Shown: one piece after another, positions 21,499-33,140 of the stretch
Position numbering within the stretch: the stretch's first letter is position 1
How the letters are laid out: each line of letters opens with the position of its first letter
Assembly (NCBI GenBank): GCA_036172245.1
Contig: JAYWIR010000006.1
Location: 2,914,001-2,978,000, forward strand
Origin: Raillietiella orientalis
Lineage: Eukaryota
DNA length: 64,000 nt
Direction: 5' to 3'
Notes under the pieces: model-generated
Database searches by the model: none
Told to the model about the DNA's origin: nothing
What the model saw: only the letters and a program-made list of their open reading frames with translations
Made by a program: the position numbers and the translations under genes

Positions 21499-23448
21499 CT
21501 GGAGCGCAGACAACAGGACGACCAGGCACATGGTGGACCGGGCAAATGCTGCCGCCGGTTCGACACATGGCGGCATATATAGCGGGCGGCTCTTTCAGCT
21601 CGGGGGACGTCGCGCGCGAAGGCCCTACGCCGCCGCCGCATTCCAGGAAAAAGCGAGTTCCTCCGAAAAGCTCGGGGCATTTGTCGCGCGCACTCTGCGA
21701 ATTGCTGCTGCCGGCTGCCCCTCCCCCGTCTTTGAGTCTGGAGAGTCCCCTCGCGCGCCCCACTCTGCACCACCGAAGAACTTCCGCGCGACTGAAGCCG
21801 CCTCCTCTCCGCTAAGTTGCAGCGCTGCAGTGGGAGAGGCAGCCCTGAGAAGGATGAACCGCTCCCGGGGCTTCTGAGCGGACAACGGGGGACACATGGG
21901 GGAGCCTGGAAGCGGGCTGGATGGCCTCCTCCTCCGGCAGGCTCGAGCAGGTCGCCGATCTGCTGTGTGCCCCGGACCAAGGCCAGAGGTCGCTCGTCCA
22001 CCTTATCCAATCCCTCCGGAGGACAGGGAGTTCCCTGAGGAAGAATGGCGAGTGCCGCGAGACGGGAGAAGCAGGGAACGAGACCCGAGACACGGACTCC
22101 CTGCCCTCCCCTTTTCCTCCTAAGGAGGCGGGGAACCGGACCCATGGTGCAACCATCCTCCGATGACCCCTCCGGAGCAAGCTTTATGCACCACTGAACG
22201 AGTTCGCTACCGGCCGGCTCCAGGAGATCCCTGCCCCCCTGGAAAGGGTTGGAGTGAAGATGATCCTCAAGAAACCGTCCGCCAGGGGCGGTTGGCGCGG
22301 AGTTTCGGAGAGATGGGCGGCACGAGCCCCAGGCGTGGGGAAGGAGAGGTGCCCCACGTCTTCCCCTTCAGCTGTCCACTTCCCCTCTTGAGGAAAGAGG
22401 ATGCTGGTCCAGTGGGTTCGGAGGAAGCTCCCTTCTCCCTCGCTCTCGCTCGTGAGCCTTCCACGTAGGGTGCGCGGGGAAGTCGATCCGCGGGCGGGTG
22501 CCACGAAGTAGTTCTCCGCCCGGGAACCCCTCGGGTGAGTCTCGAGAGGGCTGGAGGAAAAACCAAAGCGCCATCCACATCCTGCCCTCACGGGAAGGGT
22601 TGTCAGTCTCCTTCGCTCCCCCTCCTTCTCCAGCCTTCTCTTCCTGCGCTCCTATTCCAGCCGCCTTCCAGCTCCCATTCCTTCCTCTTCCGCTGCTGCA
22701 CCGGGCGCAGAGCGCCTTCCCAGAGATCTCCGGCGGGACCCGCGGTCCCACAAAAGGGGGGAGTTCTGCAGAAGAGGCTGGACGGGAAGAGGAAGGGAAG
22801 GGTCAGAGGAAACTGGGCTCAAGGCACCTCCAGAGAAGATGAGAGAGGTTGCAGCAGCGGTGCCAGCAGCCTCGGAGGCCGGGGAGAGGGGAGAGAAGAC
22901 AAGAGAAGCTCCAGAATCCGCATCTTCCGGATGCTGCGGGGTGGGCGGAGTTCGGGAGACCGCGGGAGCAGCCAACCAGCCCTGCAGCTTCCTCGTCCCT
23001 TCCGGAGGCAACCGACCGCGCCGCGGCTCCAGGCGCCTCCCGAGCCGGGACTGCGCCCTGCCGCTCTGCGGCGAAACGCTTCCGGCGCCTCCCCGTCTTC
23101 CCGGACACTTGCGCGGAGCGCGTGCGCGCTCCCCCTCTCGGCCGGAGGCTTCGGCTTCCGGAGGTAGCCGCGGTCCGTCCCCTTCCTCCAGAGTCCCGTC
23201 GAGACCGAGGGACGGCCATCCTCTCCGGAGGCGCGAGGAAGATGCCGTCGCCCTGGCGGCACCGCTGGCTCGGTTAGAGTCTCGCGGTGCACGTGCCACC
23301 TGCCTATATGGAGAGACCTGCAGCGAAAGGGCCCCTGTCCAGGGAGCGGAGTCAAAGTACCGCACCGTACCAGTCGAGCCCTTCGGACGCGTACTCGGAA
23401 CTGCAGCGTTGCCAGATGATTTCGAAGTTACTCGTGCGTGAAATCCGA

Positions 23449-23741
23449 TGACGCAAATTGGGGACGGAAATTAGTGCGTTCGGGATGGTAATTTTATGGA
23501 CACCGGAGGTTCGTTACTGACGTTCGTTTTCTTCGTCGAGCGACCGCTGACTGCACGGAGTCCCGCTGCCAGCGTGGCTGACGCAGCAGCCTAATGGAAA
23601 CCCTCGGACGAATTTCAGCAGCTCGCCCGGATCGCATCCCTAACAACCGCCGACAGGAACCGTAATTGACGTCGCTCGCGCAACCAATTTGTTTCCGTTT
23701 GCTACGCGGTGGCAACCCTGTGCCGCATTGTGACGTCACAA
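23449..23741. promoter_or_regulatory. CRE/half-CRE cluster, candidate promoter upstream of PDE4
   Basis: TGACG at 23449, 23518, 23579 and 23667. Full TGACGTCA at 23731-23738 inside the palindrome TTGTGACGTCACAA. CCAAT at 23684. Confidence 0.5.
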
Positions 23742-25920
23742 GCCAGCGGGGGTGGGTTCGAATCGTCGGGTCTTCGCGCTATTGCGCTTCGTCGGGGCCT
23801 TGCGGATGCTGCCTCTTGCGTCCTCGTTTCCCTGGGAAATGTTTCGCCGCCGCCGGAAACCGACGAGGCTCATCCGAAAAGCGACTCAGCGGCAAAGCGC
23901 CGCGCGTCTGGGAATCGTAACTTCCCAGTCACAGAGAATGCGCCACCGGCCTCGTTTTTTCCTGACACGCGGAACATCTCTCTCTCTCTCTCTCTCACTT
24001 ATTTTTTTTTGTTTGTTTGGAGGAAGAAGGGGGAGGTAGGGGCGGCTAACCCCTTAGGTGCAACACCTTCGCACAATTTCCTCGAAGGATGGTGGCAGCC
24101 GTGAACGAAAGAACCTCAAGGCTGATGAGCGCGGAAAAGCACTTGGGTTAGGTAGGTTAGGTTGGAGAGTCTGTTGATCGGAAGAGTTCATTCCATCGCT
24201 GCGAAGTTGCGGGTCCCGTAGACGGATCATTCCCATCTCCCGGTCCCGAGATGCGCGATCACGAGCGGTGCGTCCACTCAAAGGAAGCCGCTCTTTCGAT
24301 TCCGGAGCCCTCCGAGGTGCTCGGTCCGTTTCGCCTGCTCATGCGGCTGGCCTCCTTGAAGTGGCGGGCTCGACCCCAATCGCTTCCCTACCTCCCCCTC
24401 AAAACTCCCCACTACGCCAACGAGGATTTTTTTCTTGTTTTCCCGCATGGACCAACCTAAGAGAGAGGAAAAGTCCCGAGAAGAAACCGAAAAGGCGATC
24501 CTGTACGGCGAGCGAACTGCCCAAACAAGCAGGAGGCTTTCTACTCTACTCTGAGGCCGCACTGACTCCACGATTCGAGTACTCGCGGCAGCTGGGCGAA
24601 CGGTGGTGCAGCACCCCAGGAAAAGCTGCCACCGAGCACTGAGGAATGCACCCAGGATGAATTTTACCCACTCCTCTCTTCCTACTCATCTTCCTCCTCT
24701 TCCTTCTCTTGTTCCTCCTCCTCTTCTCTTCCTCTTCCTTGTCACCGCGTTTCGATCGTGAACGGATCAGAGCGAGTGGACTTTTACGCAGTCGCGAAAC
24801 GCAACCGACCGGTAGCTCAGTTCTCGAACGAGAACATCCCGAGCCTCGCAACCTCTGCAGGGGAAAGAGCGTTGTTCGGCGACCGGGCTAAGGATGATTC
24901 TTGCCAGTCGCAGGGCGACGAGTGCGGCGACTCGTCCGATCCCGATTGGAGAGCGGTGACGATCCTCGCCGACGATCCTTTGCGCTCCCGAGCATCGCAG
25001 CGTGTGAAGAGAGGCTAACCGAGGAGGCATCCGTTATTTTCAGGAGCAGACAGCCAGGATGCAGAGAACAGGGACCTGGAGATATCCTAAAAGTCCCGGA
25101 AGCTCTCCAGTGGGTAAACCATCCAGACGGAGGCAACCGAAGAGGTGAAAGAAATCACGGGAGACTTCGACTGAGCGTCGCACGTCTGCGCAACCCCCTT
25201 GAGACGGAGAGACACATGTCCGCTTTCAGAGGAACAGCCCACTTTTGAGAGCGATCCTAGGTCCCTCCGCGCGAGGACCCTGGTTGCAGGAAGAACGGCA
25301 GCGGCGGTTGCTGGGAAACGCAGCAAGGAGAGCGGGAGGCTCTTGACTAGACGAGCCCTTCAGGATGACCAAATGAAACGGAGAAAGGTTGTCGGAGAGT
25401 AAACTTTTCAAGAAATACCTACTGGTTTGGCTGCGAGGTGTCGACCCTTTCTTTCCTTCCTCTCTTCCTCAGCGCCCTCCTCCCTCTGCCCCGGCCCACG
25501 ACACTCAAGAGAAAACCAAGCCGCCACCTCCAAAGCATACCAGTCTCCTGCCCCACAACTCCCTGTAACCGCTACCCGTTCCTTGGTCGTTGAGGTGGCT
25601 GGTCCTCTCCCGCCTCCGACTGGGCCTTCTCGAAATTGGCGGTGAGGCCGTTTCCGAGGTGGTCAGCAGCGGGTCCCAGGTGCCCGCGACGTCCGCGACG
25701 CATTGGGATGCTCCGTGCGGGGTTCGTGGAAGCCACGATCCAGAGTGGATCCTCAACTGGGAGCCTAGCGGCAGTCGGCACCCCCTTAGATCCCGGACTC
25801 TAGACTTTATGGATTTCCACGAATCCCCCTCTGCAAGAGAGTAGAACGCTACCGGCAGTAGAACGCGACCAGAGAGCAAAGAGAAGGGACGAAGAGAAGA
25901 AGAGAAGAGGAAGGGGAAGA

Positions 25921-26058
25921 GGAAGGAAGAGAAGGAGAAAGAAGGGAAGGAGAGGAAGGAAGAGGAGGAGAAAGAAGGGAAGGAGAGGAAGGAAGAGGAG
26001 GAGAAAGAAGGGAAGGAGAGGAAGGAAGAGGAGGAGAAAGAAGGGAAGGAGAGGAAGG
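25921..26058. repeat. 33-bp purine-only tandem repeat, about 4 copies
   Basis: Unit GGAAGGAAGAGGAGGAGAAAGAAGGGAAGGAGA within a longer GA-rich tract. Confidence 0.9.
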
Positions 26059-29000
26059 AGAGGAGGAGGAACGGAAGAAGAAGAAAGGAGATCCGCAACA
26101 TGAAGATGGATCCAATAAATTCATCCTCTTTCAAAATTAGCGTGTCATCAATCAAACTAAAAAAGCGGAGGAAACTCGGAGATGAGGGTGGAGCGTCGCC
26201 AGCCCATCACGGGACGGAGAGTGTTGGCGCTCCGCCATCCAGCTGAGACGAACCCGACGGGAAAGCACAGCAGCGGGGCGCTTCCTTTCAGCCGTCCCGG
26301 ATGAAGCAGCCCGAACAAGGCGAGCTCTCGATGGTCTTCTGAGAATGGAGGGGGAGGAGGGAGCGAAACCTTGGAAGCTCTCCGTGGGAATGAGAGACTC
26401 CTGACTGCCGCCGCTTCCGCCGCCGCCGCCGTACGGGACCACGTCGGAATCGACTGCGCGGCGAAGGAAGGCCGCGCGTCCTTCTCTCCCGCTCTCACGG
26501 AGGCATTCCGGGCCCTTTCACCATCCTGGCCGTCCGGCAAGTGGAGGATGCACCACCGTCGGGTCGAGTGTCCGCCGTCGTCTGCGGCGGACACTCGCTT
26601 CCGATTGCTTCCCGGGAAGGATGCGAGGGCGAGGGAGAGGAGGGGAACCGATGCATCCGCTCCCAAGAAGCGTCTGCATTCTGCAGGAGGCGCCGGCTGG
26701 TGCTTCGAATGAGACCGCCACGGGAGGACGCTGAACCGAGCAAGAAGCGAGGACGCGCCCCAAATGTTCCTCGTTACCCCGAAAAATGATAAAAAAAAGA
26801 AAAGAAACAGCGGAAGGCAGGGAGGGGAGGGGGAGGAGGAAGGAAGAGGCAGAGAACGGAAGAGAAAAAATCATTCGTATCGGAAATTCCAGGTAGAGGG
26901 CGTTTCAAACCAGAAGCCTTCAGAAATACAGTGAGTCTGCATCTAATAAAAGGTCTTTCGGTTTCGAAAGTCGCAGGCGGATACTTCAGGGCTAGCACGC
27001 TAGAGGTGGGGATTTCCATGGGAACGCGCGGCGTTTCTTTTTTTTTTTTTTCCATGTCGGCACTTGCACGTCGAGCTCTAGGGAATCCCCACGAGGCGTG
27101 ACTCTCGGGGAGGGGAGGGAAGGGGGCGGCGGACAAAAAACAAGGAGGGAGGAGGAAATTGGCTTCAGATGACTCACTCTACGTCATGCAAAAAGGCAAA
27201 ATGTAGTTCCGTCAACGGTTGCCAGGTGACGAGGTCGCTGCCACATGAGAACACGGGACGAAGAGCTTGGCCTCTCGTTTCGAGCGACCTTGACCAAGTG
27301 AGTTCCCGCAGAAGGTTCCTTGCAGCGACCAAACCTTCAAGGCAAGCGCGTCGCGGTCGCAGAAGGTTGCCGGTCACCTGGGAAGTACTGCCAAAGGGAG
27401 GCTCGGAAGTCATCTGGCAAGAAGGGGACGCTCTTCTGCGGGTGCGGAAGAAGCTGAGGGACTCGGTGTGTCTCTTCAATTGGGTCTCTCAAAGAGCTCA
27501 AGTCCTTCCTGCCACACCACCACGTTACCCTCGCCACCACCACAACCACCCCATCGTCGTCGCCATCGTCATGACCGCCATTGCGACGGTCATGGCCATC
27601 CTCGATGCTGGTTAATCGCAACCGCCATCACCACCGCCATCGGGGTCATTGTTACCATCCGTGGCCGCAAAGAAACCGAGGTTCAAGAGGACAGAGCCGA
27701 GCGGGAGGTTTCTGAAATCCCCGCAAGAGGCGCTCGTGGTCCTCTCGTCAGAAGTCGGGGCGAAATCGGATTCTGAAGGCCGAGGGGGAAGGACCCGGAA
27801 GGGCAACGAGGACAGGATCGCTTGCCCGGAAAGGGGCCCGTCCCGCGAGGGAAAGGTGAGAGTTGGGGTGGCGGGGGAAAGCCCCTCTTCCAGCGGTAGG
27901 CGAGGTGTGCAGCTTTTCCGGTCGGGCCACGTTGCCTCCGGGATAGAACGGCGCCGCGCTTGCGAGGAGCTCCAGTCCTTTTCCGGTCGGCTTCTGCCGT
28001 CGCTTTCGGCTGCCCCCAGCGAGTGCGCTCGCGCGGTGGCTGCGAGGTTCCCGAAAGAGGGACATGGAACGCTCCTTTGAAGGGAAAGGAGAGAGCTTCC
28101 GCTCTTGCCGAGGGGTGCACGAGGGGGGTCCGGCCGACCGGCCAATGGCGAGGGAAGGCGTATCCTTGCCATCTCTCCTTGAGTGACACCTGCCGACCTT
28201 CCCTCCTTTCCGCGAACCGTCGCTCGTCCTCTGCGGCATCTCCTCGAAGACATCCTGGCGGGAGGAGAGAGGATGGACAGAAAGGGAGGTGGAGGTACTA
28301 GGTCCCGGATCCGCTGTGGTACGCCGCCAGCTTCAGAAGGACGCGTGGTAGGGACGGTAGGAAGGGCGCACAGCTGGGCTGCAGAGGCTTTGATCCTACT
28401 GCGGTTGCTGCTCCGGAGAACTCCGGGGACCTCGCTGAGTTTCAAGAGGCAACGACCAGCATCCGAAACCAGAGCAGGCGGTTTGCCCCCCTCCTTCCTC
28501 TCCTTTCCGCGACTCATGCAGTAACGGCGGTGCCAGTGAGTGCAACAGCGTTCCGTTTTCTCGCTGCAGAACACGGAAGCCTTGAGGCCATCCACGTCCA
28601 CTTTCAGGATGCTGCTGCGGCCCAGTGGCCACAGCTCGACCTGGAGGGGACGTCAGCTCTCGGGGACGCGCACAGAAGAATGCGGGGCATGCAAACCCAA
28701 GAGCAGTGCACAGGAGGAGCTGGCATTCGACCCTCATGAAGTTGCTCTCCTGCTAAAGGTTCTTCTCTTGCGCTATCAAGTCACTTCACCCTTTTTCAGA
28801 GTCCCCTAAAGTGAAGACGCAGATGCAGATGCAGGACAGACCAGGAAGCTCTCAACCACTCATTTCAGGTCGCCGTCTCTGGCAGAAGGCTCATGGCATG
28901 GCTGCCGCGCATGCTGGAAGCCAATATCTCAACATTCCGTGATTCTATAAGGTCGTGCCGTGTCCGGGTTAGTGATCAGTGAAGTTGTGCTGAGGAAGAT

Positions 29001-30383
29001 CCCATTTCAGAACACCTCGGATTCCCAGTCGATGAATGGGCGTACTGAAGGAAGTCACCAACATCATTCCAACCCTCAGCCTCATTGCCTGGATGGATCT
29101 CTTTCTGCATGTTCACTTGCCTCATCGACAAGATCCCAGCAGAATCTGACTGCAGCCGCAGAAGTATGCAAAGAAGAGAGAGAGCCCACTTTCGATCCCT
29201 CTAGGGAAAACCATCGAAGCACAAATACCGGTGCGTTTCAACACCGCAGATGAGAGTCCAGGAAATTGCAGTTCTATACCAAAGATGCAGTGGCGCTATC
29301 CTGAAACCTGGGAGTCGATGATTATTTGACTGAAGAGGATGGTAAGCATAGCTACAGTGTGTGTTACTTGCCCCCATGCTTCTTCAACATGCCCATGCGT
29401 TTAGAGCCAGACAGTCGCGTACCATCCGTGCACATAAATATCGTAACCAAATTCGGGAGTTATGGCTGACGTGATTTCGCACAAGAGCACAGGAGCCTTT
29501 CAGAAAACCAGTTTCCTAATTAATACCTTTCTTCTATAGTCACTGACTCAATATGCAATTGAGATAAAAGATGTGCTGCCATTAAACACTGCCGCAAGCA
29601 CAATGCTGGAGGGTAGAGCTTTGGTGTTTAGGGTATTCCTGCTAAAATCCCATCCCTGATCCTGTTTAAATCATAGCAGTTTGTGCTCCTTTCAGAACCT
29701 ATGGCCTGCTGATATCAACGGAATGAATACAACCTGCACCTCGAATCTCTTTGACCTGCCACTTTTCATCTAAATCCACATCTACAAGAATTTTTGACTC
29801 CAGAATACAATTAGACATCTCTTCCGATGTATTACCGGTGCCGTGGTTTGCCTTCTTCCGCATTCGATGGTTTTCCTCGAGTCTTTTCCCATTAACCTGA
29901 TGCTTGCGAATCCATCCGAAACCACTCATAATGAGCCGCTTTTCACTGGGCACATTTAGAATGCTGTTTCCTTCGTGGGGTTCAGAGTTCAACAGCAGCA
30001 GTCTACTTTTTGGTAATGATATCTGTGTCAGTGGGCTCTGATTTCTCTGCCACATACAGGAAACTAGCCCTCAGCATTCGTGTCACTGGAGAGCCATTGG
30101 ATCTTCCAGAGAGTAACGAGCGGGCTGTCGACAATTTTGAGTCCCTAGTCTTGGGGCGTGGATATGCGAAGGTTCGGAAATTTTTTTTTCCTCTGTGGCA
30201 CAAAACGCACATCACTGTCGTTCGCTTCCTGCAGTGCTTTTTGGTTCCAGAAAACGAAATATACGGAAAGCAGAAAGCAGAAGGCACCTCGGTTGTACTT
30301 CATGAACCCCAGTCACCACAGACTCTGAATTCCTAAGCGATCTGGATCCACGCCAATCGCTGCGTCACGGCTGTGTCGCCATA

Positions 30384-30450
30384 GTATTGTTGCCGCTCCG
30401 GTTATTGCGGCGGTATTGTTGCTTTTCCGGTTGTGATCACGGTATTGTTG
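30384..30450 (-). repeat. Array of three units related to the 15.5-kb motif (AACCGG-N5-CAACAATAC), 29-bp period
   Basis: GTATTGTTG at 30384, 30413 and 30442; CCGGTT at 30398 and 30427. Confidence 0.8.
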
Positions 30451-33009
30451 AGCGTCATGCTCGCTCCCTGCCAATGCACTTAGCGAGGAGAAGCAGAGCG
30501 AAGTTCTTTTTTCGATTTCTGAGGTGGGAAGGCAGCAGCGTCCGCATGCAACTCGATGCCTGCGACGAAGAGGGAATCCGGTAGGCAGCGAGAGAACACA
30601 CGTCTGACCACAGAGTCTTTAGGTCCTCACTGCTGATCCTGGTTGGCATCTGACAGTACTGCCGCAGGGCGGGCGAGATCGCTCCTAGCATGCAGCACCT
30701 CCTCAAGAAGCTGCTTTGCTTCCTACAGGCAAAGGGAAAGGCAGAGATGAGGTCGTGCACGTCCTCTGGTTTTTGATGATGTTACTTGGATACACGAAAG
30801 GAGCTTCCAGGAAGCAATTACATCCAGTCGCGGAGAAGTAATGAAGCGCTTCGGCTCGGCGGCATGGACCGATACGGCAGAGCCGAGTTTTTGTTTTTGT
30901 TCTCCTTGGGAAGCAGCAGAGGGGAGGAGGAGGACGGCCAGAGTAGGAGGAAAACAGAGCGGATGTGCCACGTTCGTGAAGTCAGTACCGACCGGTCCCC
31001 TGATCTTATCCCGTTCCCGGGGTGACCGTGCCGACGGGAGCCTTAGGAGCTTCCCTGTGCTCTCGAAGACCGCATCGCCAGGAGCGTCTGGTCAAGAGGC
31101 GCTCACGCGAGAGCACCAGCCAGAGTTTTTCCGGCACACCTTCAAAGAGCGCGTGCAGAGACGTTTGTCCCTCGCGGAATACCCCAATCGCGTGCCGGCT
31201 GGGTGCGCTCCGGACCGCCCCGCCCTCGCACCGGCAGCAGGGAGGGGGGAACCGGGACGGCACTCGGCTTCCTGAGTCATCCGGAGGGCAGAACCTCTTT
31301 CGTGCACGGATCACACGCGCCCTTTCCCGTCAGGTAGCACAGTGGCAGTCAAAGAGTCTCTCCCTGCATGCGTCCCCCTGGTCCATCCTCCTTCTTTCCT
31401 TCCCCCCTACAGGAAAGCTGAGAGCACAAAGAGAGGGGGATCAACCTGGAGCATTCGACCCACTCGGAGCTTTTCGCGCCTTCGTCTCTATTCGAAGATC
31501 CAGAAGACGAAGGAGGAGTGGATACGAGATAAAGATGAAGACAGACGGAAATGGACGTCGTGTGGGGCAACTGGCAGGAAGGTGAGATTCGGAAGAGAAA
31601 GCCTCTCATGCAGGAACCTCCGTGTTCTTCCCGTGGTCAGGTGGTTTCCCTTGCTGCACTTGAGCCCCCCTCCATTCAGAGAAGGAGGAAGAGGAAGGAG
31701 GAGCTCTCGTGCGACGGCTACGGCTACGCGCAGAAAAGCTGCTGAAGGCCTCCCTCCCACGGGGCGAGGAGGATGCGGAGAGAACTAAAGCAGGCACGGG
31801 GTAGGTCAGGTAGAGGAAAGGGCAGGGTCAGAGGGGAGGCATGGAAGTGGTTCTGTCCTTGCAAGGTTCCGCAGAGAGCGTCGACGCAAGGTGGCTGCGA
31901 GAGGGAGGTCTGTTTCCCGCTGTCCGCTGTCAGGGGCGAGACCCTCGTTGTTTATGCCGGACACATCGCGTCCGGAGCTGCTTCGAGACGATGGGCGCTC
32001 AAGAGGGATGGATGTGGGTCTCGCTGCGTGCCAGCGACTTCACTGGAAAGCCCTCCTCTAGGTATGATTCCGCGTGCTACTGCCTAGGAGTATCCTCCGT
32101 CCGCTTGCCTACGGCATTTTCCTTTTCTTCTTCTCTGTCAGTCCACTCCCGGTTTCCATGACTCCTTGGACGTTTCTGTCCCGCGATCCGGGAACTCGAG
32201 ACTCTCTCCTCCCCCTCACAGTCCGCCGAGGGCTGACCGACCCCGAGGGGTTTCTGTTTCCGGAAGCTGCAGCTTCCACCGCTCGGAGAACTCGTAGCTG
32301 CTTCTTTGCAGCCCGGAGGTCATCAAAGAGACCTTGGTGCTACCTTCCGACCAAGTGGAGGAAGCGGCAGCAGCAAGCAAGGGAAGCTGCGAGGACACAA
32401 AAGACTTCGTTCACCTTCCTCATCCACGGCGCACCGCTCAGTCTCTCCGAGACGCCGCTCCTCGGTAGTGGACTGCTCGGGGTGCAAGGTAGAGAAGGGA
32501 GCCTGCCTGCCCTCGCGACTGCAATGCATCCCGGAGGGTGGAAGGCCCCTGGTTTTCATCCGCACGCTCCCTTTTCGTCCTCCGCGAGGCTCTCCGGCGA
32601 GCTCGTGCCTGGGAGAATAAGGGAGGAGGAGGGAAGGAGTGCTTTTGGCGCGACAGGAACCACCGCTGGATCGTCCTCCGTTCATCTCAGAGAGAGTTCC
32701 CTTTCGTCGGAGTCGAACTCTCCTGTCAGCCCTCTACGTCTTCCGTTTCCAAATACACTCCCGCGCTGGCTCCCGCTGAGGCTGTGCGCCTTTCGACAGC
32801 GAAAAGGCTGATGGTGGATCCGCGTTGGATGGCTGCAGTCTCCCTGCCCGTAGCGCCAAGCGTCGCAGGTTCGAATGTCTACGTGGAGGATGGACGACGA
32901 AAAATGCGGGGTGTGTCGTGACCCCGCACGACGGCGGCGGTGGTCCACGGACTTCGGGTGCGGCGTCGGTGGAAGCAACCGGAAACCGGATGCTCCGTTG
33001 ATTGGCCGA

Positions 33010-33140
33010 GATTGGGAGATGACCATCCGGGGTCCTTCCGGGAACCAAGGAGTCCTATGGGGTTCTCCCCTCCGGTTGTCCAAATGGAGTCCCCGAGGGG
33101 GGAGTGAACCCTCCATCGAGTATCATGGAGCTGATGGATT
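33010..33140 (+). mobile_element. Possible DIRS RNase H remnant
   Basis: WGSPL...KWSP...SIEY/MELM, resembling GWGAHL...W....HINxLEL. Confidence 0.3.

Noticed and set aside
24145..24165. TTAGG-like telomeric repeat
   Set aside because: Only about three imperfect units; too short to call.
27520..27660. His-rich or hydrophobic peptide and an 8-bp hairpin
   Set aside because: Explained by a degenerate CAC/CAT trinucleotide microsatellite.
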